DNA of 64,000 nt from an uncultured Chloroflexia bacterium (GTDB lineage Bacteria > Chloroflexota > Ktedonobacteria > Ktedonobacterales > JADMIN01), in the NCBI GenBank assembly GCA_963785845.1, contig CAWAWP010000003.1, positions 413,324 to 477,323 of the forward strand, written 5' to 3'. The position numbers and the translations under genes were made by a program. How positions within the stretch are numbered: position 1 is the first letter of the stretch; each line of letters opens with the position of its first letter. The notes beneath the pieces were generated by a model. The model did not search any database and was not told the origin of the DNA. It was given only the letters and a program-made list of their open reading frames with translations. Positions 9,511 to 21,653 of the stretch are shown here, in pieces.

Positions 9511-10776
9511 ATGTCCCGGATCAGCATGTTTGGCCCGCGGTGGGCAGCCAGCGCAGCGGCGATCGGGCTAACGCTCGTGCTTGCCGCGTGTGGCGGCAGT
9601 TCGTCGGGCGGCATTTCGGCGACTTCTACGCCGGTTGCGACGCCTTCTCCGACGCCGTCTACGACGTGGCGGATAGTCGCCAGCCCTATGCAGTCGGGGG
9701 CGATTACGAGTGAATTGCAGGGACTGAGCGCGGCCGCAGCCACCGATGTGTGGGCTGTGGGCTATTACACGTATCCTTCTGTGCTATCACCGCAGCAGGG
9801 TCCACCGGGAAAAGGGCCGATCATCGAGAGGTGGGACGGCGCGGCGTGGCAGATCGTCACCGGCCCAACCACTGACGTGCTGCAGGACGTTACGGTGGTC
9901 TCAGCGAACGACGTCTGGGCAGTTGGGGGAGAGATCAACTACGGCTCCGCTGGTTCTCAGGTGTACACGCCGTTGATTGAACATTGGAACGGCACGGCGT
10001 GGGCGGTGGTGTCGACTCCGAAGACGAACGCCAACGCGATTGACCTGTACGCGGTGGCGGCGACTGGCGCGAACGATGTGTGGGCGGTAGGCGAGACGGA
10101 TCAGGGCAGTCAGCACATCGGGACCCCGTTGATCGAGCGATGGAACGGCACGGCATGGAGTCTCGTCGCCAGCCCGGCGCAACCAGCGAACGCAGATGCG
10201 GGGCTGACCGCGATCACCGCGATACCGGGCACCAATCAACTCTGGGCGGTTGGCGGGTCGCGCAGCAGAACGTCGCCGGCCTACCCGCAAGCCTTGATCG
10301 AACGCTGGAACGGCAGCGCCTGGCAGGTGGTGCAGGGACCAGCATTACCCACCGGCGCGTTTGGCCTGGAACTGCACGGGGTGATGGCGCTCTCGGCGAC
10401 CGATGCGTGGGCGGTCGGCGACTATACGGCGAGCAACCATACCATTCGCACTTTGACCGTCCATTGGGATGGCACGTCGTGGCAGACGGTCGCTAGCCCG
10501 GACACGTGGGGCAGCCTGACGAGCGTAGCGGCGGCGCGGTCTGGCGATGTGCGCGCGGTGGGCTACACGACAAGCGGAGACGGCAATACGCAGACGGCGC
10601 TGGTGGAGCAGTGGAACGGCACGTCCTGGCTGAGCATCACGCCGCCGACGCCGAGCGGTAGTCAATGGAGCACCTTGCACGACGTGGCGAGTGACGGCGC
10701 GGGCGGCTTCTGGGCGGTCGGCTCGTGGCGCGACGCCAGCGGCAACGATCAGGCGTTCATCGAGCGCTGCCCATAG
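9511..10776 (+). CDS. predicted 7-bladed beta-propeller lipoprotein, paralog 1
   Basis: Lipobox LVLAACGG and a Pro/Thr linker. Seven repeats of the form (D/N)xWAVG..(15-20 aa)..PLIE(R/H)WNGTAW. Ends in FIERCP*. Confidence 0.7.
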   Translation: MSRISMFGPRWAASAAAIGLTLVLAACGGSSSGGISATSTPVATPSPTPSTTWRIVASPMQSGAITSELQGLSAAAATDVWAVGYYTYPSVLSPQQGPPGKGPIIERWDGAAWQIVTGPTTDVLQDVTVVSANDVWAVGGEINYGSAGSQVYTPLIEHWNGTAWAVVSTPKTNANAIDLYAVAATGANDVWAVGETDQGSQHIGTPLIERWNGTAWSLVASPAQPANADAGLTAITAIPGTNQLWAVGGSRSRTSPAYPQALIERWNGSAWQVVQGPALPTGAFGLELHGVMALSATDAWAVGDYTASNHTIRTLTVHWDGTSWQTVASPDTWGSLTSVAAARSGDVRAVGYTTSGDGNTQTALVEQWNGTSWLSITPPTPSGSQWSTLHDVASDGAGGFWAVGSWRDASGNDQAFIERCP

Positions 10777-10942
10777 CATGTTGAGATGTGGCGCTGAGGA
10801 TCGGATGCGACTGCGAGATGGCCGATGCCTCAACGCCACCCTGAGTGGAGTGCGTACAGGAGCCGCACGCAGATACACGTGCGCTTACCTCGGCACGAGT
10901 CGATGAGCGCCGTGGCGTGCGGCAGCGGAAGGGCGGACAGCA

Positions 10943-12180
10943 ATGTCCAATCAATTCATGCAACTCGCGCGTCGGAGCGCGAGCGCGCTAACCCTGGCAC
11001 TGGCGCTCGTTGCCGCTGGCTGTAGCGTAAGCTCTTCGACGAATTCCCAACCCACCGCGACGCCCGCTGCACCAGCGTCACCGACGCCGTCCTCGACGTG
11101 GCGGCTCGTGCAAACCCCGTCAACGCCGGGGCGTGACGACGGTCGGTTTCTCGGCATAGGTGCGGCTCCGCCCGCTGGCGTCTGGGCGGTCGGGACTGCA
11201 GGCCTAGGCGCGGTGATTGAGCGCTGGGATGGCACCGCGTGGCAGATCGTCACCAGTCCAACGACTGACATTCCGCGAGATATTGCGGTGGTGTCGCAGA
11301 GTGACGTGTGGGCGGTCGAGAGGAGATTGGCGCAGCTCGTTCGCCTGGACTTGCAGCCTTTCGAACCGTTGATCGAACATTGGAACGGTTCGCAATGGGC
11401 GATTGTCCCAAGCCCTGAGACCCATGCGAATTTCCGCTGAACTTGATTCCGTCGTGGCCGTAACGTCTAACAACGTGTGGGCAATAGGGCAGATGAACGT
11501 GGTCGTCGGCGAAGACGAATTCACGGTGCCGCTGATCGAACGATGGAACGGCGCAGCGTGGAGTGTCGTTGCCAGCCCAGCACGACCCCAAAATACGGAT
11601 AGTTTTCTGCGCTCAATTGCCGCCGTCCCTGGCACCAATCAACTCTGGGCAGTGGGATATTCGACTACCAGGGATGCGCCTGCGAGCGACCACGCGCTAA
11701 TTGAGCGCTGGAACGGCAGTGCATGGCAGGTGGTTCCGAATCCAACGATGCCTACGGGGGCGTTTGAAGATACGATCAATGGGGTCGTGGCGTTCTCCTC
11801 TACGGATGCCTGGGCAGTCGGCGCCTATGAAAGCAGCGATTTCGTCACGCACACCTTGATCGCGCATTGGGATGGCACAAAATGGCAACTCGCCCCCAGC
11901 CCTGACGTGTGGGGCGACCTCATGAGTGTGGCAGCCTCGGGTCCGAGCGATGTGCGTGCGGTAGGGTACATCCAGTATGGCGACGGCACAACCACTACGG
12001 CGCTGGTGGAGCAGTGGGACGGCACAGCCTGGCACGTGGCGACGCCAGCAGTTACGAGCTGGTAGTCGAACAAGTTTCTTGCTCGACGTGGCGACTGACG
12101 GCTCTGGAACGTTCTGGGCGGTTGGCTCGTGGCTCGAGGGCAATGGCACTGAACATCGGTTGATGGAGCGTTGCCCGTAG
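10943..12180 (+). pseudogene. decayed middle copy of the propeller lipoprotein family (multiple frameshifts)
   Basis: Homology to the flanking paralogs runs through three different frames (track ORFs 10943..11440, 11403..12065, 11977..12180). It still ends in MERCP*. An internal scrambled blade (VWAVERRLAQLVRLDLQPFEPLIEHWNG) suggests further indels. Confidence 0.65.
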
Positions 12181-12276
12181 GGTCGCGCCCTGGCATTGTT
12201 TGCATGAACGTACCCGCTCTGCGGAAGCGGATGGAATGAGGTTCGCGGCGGGCGCGTGGCGAAGGGAAGGACAATC

Positions 12277-13521
12277 ATGTCCCGTCACATAGTGTATCCA
12301 CCAAGGCGTTTGGCTTGCGCGTTGGCGCTCGGTGTAGCGCTGGTGGTCGCCGGGTGTAGCGGTAGTTCTTCAACGCCGAGCGCTACGGTGTTGCCCACGG
12401 CAACGCCGACGCCCTCGCTGACATGGCGGCTGGTGGAGAGTCCACCGGCGCCAGAGGCGATTACGAGTGAATTGCAGGGTGTGAGTGCGGTTTCGCCCTC
12501 AGACGTCTGGGCGGTCGGGAATTTCAGGTATCTCAGTCCTCACGCGAACCTTTCGCTGCCGGGGAAGAATCCTCTGATCGAGCGTTGGGACGGCACCGCG
12601 TGGCAGTTTGTCTATGGTCCGCCCACCGATATACTCCACGACGTGGCAGTGGTGTCGGCGAACGACATCTGGGCAGTCGGCGGCGAGATCAACTTCGGCA
12701 ACACCGCATCTGTCGTGTACACGCCGTTGATCGAGCACTGGAACGGCGTGGAGTGGGCGGTTGTGCCGCCCCCTGACGCGCATTCCTCTGTGCTCCAACT
12801 GACCTCTGTTGCGGCGATCTCCGCCAACGATGTTTGGGCGGTTGGCGAACGGACGAATAACCAATTCATGGCGCAACCGCTCATCGAACGGTGGGACGGG
12901 AAAGTCTGGAGCGTTGTAGACAACCCAGCGCAGCCAGCCAATACCGAGACTAGCCTGAGCGCCATCACCGCGATTCCTGGCACGAACCAACTCTGGGCCT
13001 TGGGCGAGTCTTGGAGCCAGAAGAGTAACTCGGGCCAAGCGTTGATCGAGCGATGGAACGGCAGCGCATGGCAGATCATCGCGAACCCCGCGTTGCCTAG
13101 CGGAGCAAAGGATCTGCGCTTGAATGGTGTCGTGGCACTGTCTGCTACGGATGCGTGGGCGGTTGGCGGCTACACGGCGAGTGATAAGACCCAGAAGGCG
13201 TACGTCGCCCACTGGGACGGGACATCGTGGAAGGTGGTCTCAAGCCCGGATGTCACAGGGGGGTTGGTCGGTGTGGCGGCGGCGAACGCGAATGACGTGC
13301 GCGCTGTCGGGTCCACCACAAGTAGCACTGGAACGACTGTCCCGTTGATCGAGCAGTGGAACGGGCTGGCGTGGCAGGTCGCTACAAGTCCCACGCCGAG
13401 CGGCGCGGGTTCGAGCAGCCTTAGCGATGTGACGAGTGATGGCGCGGGTGGCTTCTGGGCGGTCGGCTCTTACGCCGACAGCAATAAGAACGCGCAGGCG
13501 TTCATCGAGCGCTGCCCGTAA
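12277..13521 (+). CDS. predicted 7-bladed beta-propeller lipoprotein, paralog 3
   Basis: Lipobox LVVAGCSG. Same seven WAVG/IE(R/H)WNG blades as paralog 1 and the same FIERCP* end. The ATGTCCCG start context is shared with the other two copies. Confidence 0.7.
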   Translation: MSRHIVYPPRRLACALALGVALVVAGCSGSSSTPSATVLPTATPTPSLTWRLVESPPAPEAITSELQGVSAVSPSDVWAVGNFRYLSPHANLSLPGKNPLIERWDGTAWQFVYGPPTDILHDVAVVSANDIWAVGGEINFGNTASVVYTPLIEHWNGVEWAVVPPPDAHSSVLQLTSVAAISANDVWAVGERTNNQFMAQPLIERWDGKVWSVVDNPAQPANTETSLSAITAIPGTNQLWALGESWSQKSNSGQALIERWNGSAWQIIANPALPSGAKDLRLNGVVALSATDAWAVGGYTASDKTQKAYVAHWDGTSWKVVSSPDVTGGLVGVAAANANDVRAVGSTTSSTGTTVPLIEQWNGLAWQVATSPTPSGAGSSSLSDVTSDGAGGFWAVGSYADSNKNAQAFIERCP

Positions 13522-13586
13522 GCTAGCTGGCAGTGTGCGGCCGGGAACGAGGATGGGTGGCCATCACGCTCCCGGTCGCGCTGCTG

Positions 13587-16841
<3,255 letters not shown>

Positions 16842-17008
16842 GCAAAAGCACTCTATGTCTCTACGGGCGGCGGGCGCCCGGAAGGCTGTGGTGAGGTGAT
16901 CCGGCTGGGATCGCCACGGTGCAGTATAGCGCGCGTCCCACGCGCGACGGCACCAAGCAGGAAGAACGGGCGCACACGGTCAGCCCGCTGGTGCGCCCTT
17001 GACCCTCT

Positions 17009-17038
17009 ATTATAGAACGCCTGTACGAGCGGCGTCAA
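17009..17038 (-). promoter_or_regulatory. candidate uvrA promoter (TTGACG-18-TATAAT) with an imperfect SOS-like box in the spacer
   Basis: The minus strand reads TTGACGccgctcGTACaggcGTTCTATAAT. GTAC-N4-GTTC is one mismatch from GAAC-N4-GTTC. It lies about 170 nt upstream of the uvrA ATG. Confidence 0.4.
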
Positions 17039-17091
17039 GCTGAGCGGCTGGCGAGTTGGGGGAGGCGGTGCCGGTCAAGACGACTGAGTCG

Positions 17092-17595
17092 CTAGTCGTG
17101 GCCGCGGGTGCGGAGGTAGCGGAGTTTGAGGCGGATCAGGCGCACACGGGTGGCGACGCCGGTGAGCGGTCTGCGACGGCTGCCGATGTCGACGACGTCG
17201 TGCGAGTCATCGGTCGGGGTGGTGTCTCGCCAACGCCGGCCGGAGGTGGGACGAGGGGTTATCCCGCGAAATCGGTCCCTCCAGTCGAGCGCAAAGCCCA
17301 GGAGGATGAAGAAGAAGCCGGCGAGGGCCAATATGCCATTGAGGGAGAGCCAGTTGCCGATCAGGTAGATCTGCTGTTCGTTGTGGTAGTACGTGAGGCC
17401 GGCGGCGGCGAGGACGAGCACTACGCCGAGGAGCAGCAGGATCTCGGTGCGACTGAGGGGAAGGCTCCAGCCGAAGCGGGGGCGACGGCGCGGGCGGTTG
17501 AAGGAGCGCACACGGTCGGTGACACTGGTGCGGGTGTCGGTGCGATCCATGTTGCGCAGGATTTCTTCGATCTCACGTTGATATTTGCTGGGCAT
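17092..17595 (-). CDS. hypothetical membrane protein (2-3 TM)
   Basis: ORF trimmed to MPSKYQREIEEILRNM. Central hydrophobic helices and Arg-rich termini. No family recognised. Confidence 0.5.
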   Translation of the reverse strand: MPSKYQREIEEILRNMDRTDTRTSVTDRVRSFNRPRRRPRFGWSLPLSRTEILLLLGVVLVLAAAGLTYYHNEQQIYLIGNWLSLNGILALAGFFFILLGFALDWRDRFRGITPRPTSGRRWRDTTPTDDSHDVVDIGSRRRPLTGVATRVRLIRLKLRYLRTRGHD

Positions 17596-17804
17596 GCCCC
17601 ACCCCCTGGCGAACGAACCTGCTGGCCCTTGCATTATCGCACGCCGCGGCGCTGCCGCGTGGCTGAAGTATAGCGCATGGCTTGGCACGCAACAAGGCGT
17701 GTGACATCGCCTTCCGTGGCGTGCTCATCCGCTGTAGTAGCATGACGCGTACCGGGAAAAGGCGTCGCGGGAGGCGAATATGCCGCGTTGCCGCCGCGGC
17801 GCGA

Positions 17805-18665
17805 TTACACCCTGGTCAGCGTGGACATGAGCGAGGTCTTCAGCGCGAAGAGTGCCATGAGCTCAAGGACGGCGAGGAGCAGGGCGACGCTGAAGAGCGG
17901 GAAGAATTGGCGGAGGGTCTCGAAGCGCCCGACGCGGTTGGTGAGGCCGAGGAGGAAGACGATGTTGACGAGGCTGAGGGCCATGACGAGCCCGAATGAA
18001 CTGAGGATGGCGATGGGGTAGAGCAGGATCGGCGCCGTGGTGACGACGGCGAGGAAGGCGATCAGCAGCACTGGCAGCATTACGGCGAGTTGGCGCAGGT
18101 TGCGGAAGCTAGCGACCGTGGTTTCTTCGCGCCAGATCAGCGTATTGGCGACGGGCACGATGACGGCGCACATTGCCACGCCGGTGCCGAGGCCAGTGAT
18201 CAGGCGGAGGGTGTTGAACGGCTGGTAGAGATGCGGCAGGCCGAGATCGAGGAAGAAGGAGTTGAAGCCGTCTTCGGCCATGAAGAGGACGGCGAGGGCC
18301 AGCACGACGAAGGCCCATTTGCCGGGGAAGCGGCTGGCGCGCAGGCGACCGAGGGCGAGCAGCGTGAAGAAGGTGGCGGCGAAGCCGAGGTAGATGCCGG
18401 TGTTGCGCGAGCAGAGCGGCAACTGCTGGCCATCGATGAAGAACGAGTGTTGAGCCGCTTGGGCGCAGATGCCGCCGTCCAGCGCGCGGAGGCGCTCGAT
18501 CAGGGTCGCGCCGGGGAAGAAGACTAATCCGCTGAGGACGACGACGTAGGCGGCGGCGAGGGCGAGGAGCAGCCAGTCGCGCGGGCCGAGGCGCGCCAGC
18601 CAGCCTGCGCGAGGCTGCGGACTGGTGGCAGGGGACGCTACGCGCTCAAGCTGTTCGAGACTCAT
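17805..18665 (-). CDS. DUF2085 family membrane protein
   Basis: GGICAQAAQHSFFIDGQQLPLCSRNTGIYLGF matches the Cys-containing DUF2085 signature, followed by multiple TM helices. Start set at MSLEQ (GAGGGAAGG upstream). Confidence 0.65.
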   Translation of the reverse strand: MSLEQLERVASPATSPQPRAGWLARLGPRDWLLLALAAAYVVVLSGLVFFPGATLIERLRALDGGICAQAAQHSFFIDGQQLPLCSRNTGIYLGFAATFFTLLALGRLRASRFPGKWAFVVLALAVLFMAEDGFNSFFLDLGLPHLYQPFNTLRLITGLGTGVAMCAVIVPVANTLIWREETTVASFRNLRQLAVMLPVLLIAFLAVVTTAPILLYPIAILSSFGLVMALSLVNIVFLLGLTNRVGRFETLRQFFPLFSVALLLAVLELMALFALKTSLMSTLTRV

Positions 18666-18768
18666 CGCCTTCCCTCGAAGATTCGCCAAGGAGGGCCGGC
18701 GCCGCACCGCCCGCAGGTGAGCATAGCATATCGCGGCCGCGGCCTGGGCGCGGTAGCCGGAGGGGGTA

Positions 18769-19266
18769 CTACGCCGGCAGGGACGAGCCGCCCCAGAGGG
18801 TGATGCTGCTGGTGAAGTAATCGAAGTAGCCAAGCTGCGCGCCCGTCGGTGACCACGCGAACTCGGGGGTGCCGTCACTTTCGAGGGATGCGTCGGCCCG
18901 CGTCAGGGCGGAAACGACGCCGATCTGCGCGCCATTCGCGGTACTGAAGAGCGTGATACGCTTCTTCGCCGTGCCCTGGGCCACCGCACCGGGCAGGATG
19001 GCGGCGACCACCTTGCCGTCCGGACGGTAAGTGTGCGAGGCGACGGGCGACGCGGACGGCTGCGTTGCGCTGCTGGTCGACATCGCGGCGTGCGCAAGCT
19101 CACGCAATGCGTTCAGCCGGCGCTCGCGATCCGTCTGTTCGCGCGCGGGGACGCCAGCGTCGCTCGACGCGTGTCGCCTCGTGTCGCCGTCCTTCACTAC
19201 GCTATCCTCCGGCGCATGTAGCTTGCTCGCGTGGGGTGCGCCAACGTCCGCTTGACCGTTGAGCAC
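18769..19266 (-). CDS. hypothetical protein
   Basis: 165-aa ORF directly downstream of the deacetylase gene. No signal peptide or recognised domain. Coding status is uncertain. Confidence 0.35.
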   Translation of the reverse strand: MLNGQADVGAPHASKLHAPEDSVVKDGDTRRHASSDAGVPAREQTDRERRLNALRELAHAAMSTSSATQPSASPVASHTYRPDGKVVAAILPGAVAQGTAKKRITLFSTANGAQIGVVSALTRADASLESDGTPEFAWSPTGAQLGYFDYFTSSITLWGGSSLPA

Positions 19267-19275
19267 CAGGCGATT

Positions 19276-20535
19276 TTACACCCAGGAGGAAGGCGTGGGG
19301 CGCAGCGCGGTCGGCGTGGCCGTGGGAGGCGTATCCGTCGGCGAGGGCGTCGGGGTGTCTGTGGCGGTCGGGGTATCCGTCGCCGTTGGAGAGGGCGTCG
19401 CGGTGGGCGTCGGCGTCGCGCCGGGGGTGGCATGGGGCTGCGGCAGGCCGAGCAGTTGGGGAATCGTCACTGGGAGCAGGCCGCGCTGCTTGAGGCCCTT
19501 GATGATCTGGGGCAGCGCCTGCGCCGTCTGCCAGCGGAAGATTGGGCCGTCGTGCATGAGGATGATCGAGCCGCCATGCGCCGAGCCGAGGACGCGGCTG
19601 ACGATGGTGGAGACGCCGGGGGCGGACCAGTCGACGGGGTCGACGTTCCAGTTGATGGTGGTGAGGCCATAGCCGTGCGCCTGTGCGAGCACGGCGCTGT
19701 TGTAGTCGCCGTAGGGCGGGCGCCAGTAGGGCAGGCAGTAGTTCGCGCCGAGGATCTGATGGATGGCGTTGGCGGTCGCGCCGAGCTGCCACTGGCGGCT
19801 GGCGGCGCTGATGGTGGACATGGCGGGATGATCCCAGGTGTGGATGCCGATGCCGAAGCCGTCGGCGGCGGCACGCTTCACGAAGGCGGGATATTGCACG
19901 ACGTGGACGCCGAGGACGAAGAATGTGGCGACGGTGTGGGTGCTTTCGAGGGTGGACATGATGCTCGACGTGTAGTCTGGGCTTGGGCCGTCGTCGAAGG
20001 TGAGGGCGACCTCGTTCTTCGAGGCGCCGGAGTCGATCACGCCGCTGTAGGGATGGAGGCTGCCAGAGGCGCAGCCGGTGGTGACGCCGTTGACCACGCC
20101 GGGGCCGCCGCCGGAGACGGGCGTGGCCTTTGGCGCGCCGCCGGGTCCGAGCTCGCTCGCGGTGGGCGTGGCAGTAGCCGTCGAGGTCGCGGTGGCGGTG
20201 GAGGTCGCAGTGGAGGTCGCGGTATAGGTTGGCGCAGTGGTCTGCGTTGCCGTGGCGGTGGGCGCCTGGGAAGCGAGGAATGGCAGCGGCAGCACGCCAA
20301 CCGCGGCGAGGGTGCTGCTGGCACCAACGATCAGCACACAGAGAAGCGCCAGCGCGAGCCAGAGGATGCGACGGCGGCGTGGGCGCAGCGCGTGCAGCGG
20401 ACGCGTGATGGGGGCACGTGAGGGGGCGGCGGCGGCGATGACGGGCTGCTCGGCTTCCGTGCGCTCGCTGGGGGAGGCGTCACCGGGAGGCGCGTCCAGC
20501 GCGTCATGCGTGTCATGCGTGTCTTCAGTTTCCAC
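19276..20535 (-). CDS. polysaccharide deacetylase (NodB homology domain) with N-terminal TM and C-terminal Pro/Thr tail
   Basis: VALTFDDGPSPDYT, IGIHTWDHP and ILMHDG are NodB motifs. The tail is PTPTATPSPTATDTPTATDTPTPSPT. Confidence 0.85.
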   Translation of the reverse strand: METEDTHDTHDALDAPPGDASPSERTEAEQPVIAAAAPSRAPITRPLHALRPRRRRILWLALALLCVLIVGASSTLAAVGVLPLPFLASQAPTATATQTTAPTYTATSTATSTATATSTATATPTASELGPGGAPKATPVSGGGPGVVNGVTTGCASGSLHPYSGVIDSGASKNEVALTFDDGPSPDYTSSIMSTLESTHTVATFFVLGVHVVQYPAFVKRAAADGFGIGIHTWDHPAMSTISAASRQWQLGATANAIHQILGANYCLPYWRPPYGDYNSAVLAQAHGYGLTTINWNVDPVDWSAPGVSTIVSRVLGSAHGGSIILMHDGPIFRWQTAQALPQIIKGLKQRGLLPVTIPQLLGLPQPHATPGATPTPTATPSPTATDTPTATDTPTPSPTDTPPTATPTALRPTPSSWV

Positions 20536-20635
20536 CGCCGCACCCCGATTCCCTACACCTTGGACGCTACAGTGGTGTGACGAGGGAAGGGTATGCGCGT
20601 AACTCAGCTATAGCGTGGTGTGGCGCGGGTCACAC

Positions 20636-21376
20636 TCAGCCCAGGCCAGGAAGCGCGAAGTGGCTGTTGAGGAAGAAGAGCCAGTTGAAGTAGATCACCA
20701 CGCCCATCAGTATTAGCAGGCCGCCGGTGAGCAACTCGATGGTGCGCATGTGCGGTGTGAGGCGCTTGAGGAAGGGGGCGATGCGGTCGAAGGCAATGCC
20801 GAGCGCGAGGAACGGTACGCCGAGGCCAAGCGAGTAGACGGCGAGGAGCAGCACGCCGCCACTCAGGGTATGCGCCTGCGCGGCGAGGACGAGGATGCCG
20901 GCGAGGACCGGGCCGATGCAGGGAGTCCAGCCGAGGGCGAAGACGAGGCCGATCAGATACGAGGCGGGGTAGCTGGTCTCGACGGCGCGCACGGTGAAGC
21001 GGCGCTCGCGATTGAGGAAGGGAAGCTGGACGGCGCTGGCGATGTAGAGCCCAAAGAGGATCAGCACGAGACCACCGAGCTGCCGCAGGAAGGGCGCGTG
21101 ATCGCTGAAGAAGGAGCCAAGCTGGCTGGCGGTGGCGCCAAGGGCGATGAAAGCGGTGGTGAAGCCGCCAACGAAGGCGAGGGCGTGGCGCGTGGTGGTG
21201 GCGCGCAGCGCGGCACGGGCGCCGCGGTCCAGTGTGCCGGACTGCCAGACAGCGGGGCCGACGAGGCGGGCAACGTAGGCGGGGGTGAGCGGCAGAACGC
21301 AGGGCGAGAGGAAGGAAAGCAAACCCGCCGCGAACGCGCTGAGGATGCCGAGCAGGCTGACGCTGGCGGGAGTCAT
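20636..21376 (-). CDS. ccdA: cytochrome c-type biogenesis / thiol-disulfide transfer protein CcdA
   Basis: Trimmed to MTPASVSLLGILSAFAAGLLSFLSPCVLPL (CcdA/DsbD Cys motif). Six TM helices. The upstream 115 codons of the track ORF are Arg/Pro-rich and unlikely to be coding. Confidence 0.8.
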   Translation of the reverse strand: MTPASVSLLGILSAFAAGLLSFLSPCVLPLTPAYVARLVGPAVWQSGTLDRGARAALRATTTRHALAFVGGFTTAFIALGATASQLGSFFSDHAPFLRQLGGLVLILFGLYIASAVQLPFLNRERRFTVRAVETSYPASYLIGLVFALGWTPCIGPVLAGILVLAAQAHTLSGGVLLLAVYSLGLGVPFLALGIAFDRIAPFLKRLTPHMRTIELLTGGLLILMGVVIYFNWLFFLNSHFALPGLG

Positions 21377-21653
21377 TGGCTGGACGCTCCTGAGTGGGAA
21401 AGCGGATCGCGGCGCGCGCGAGTGATGGTGGTAGGGGATCGATCGCGGCACGGAAGCGCCGTCGTACCGACTGCCGACCGCCTCGCGCGAAGCTGCTCGA
21501 CGCGGCGCGGGGCTCCCGTGCCTGGCAGGCGGATCGCGGCAGGGGCCGTCGAACGCATGGGGCTTCAGCGGCCGCACCGCGTACGCGGGCACGCCTGCGC
21601 CACGATCCCTATCGTACGGCAATTTCGCGCGGGCGTCTATTGGCCTCGCGGCG

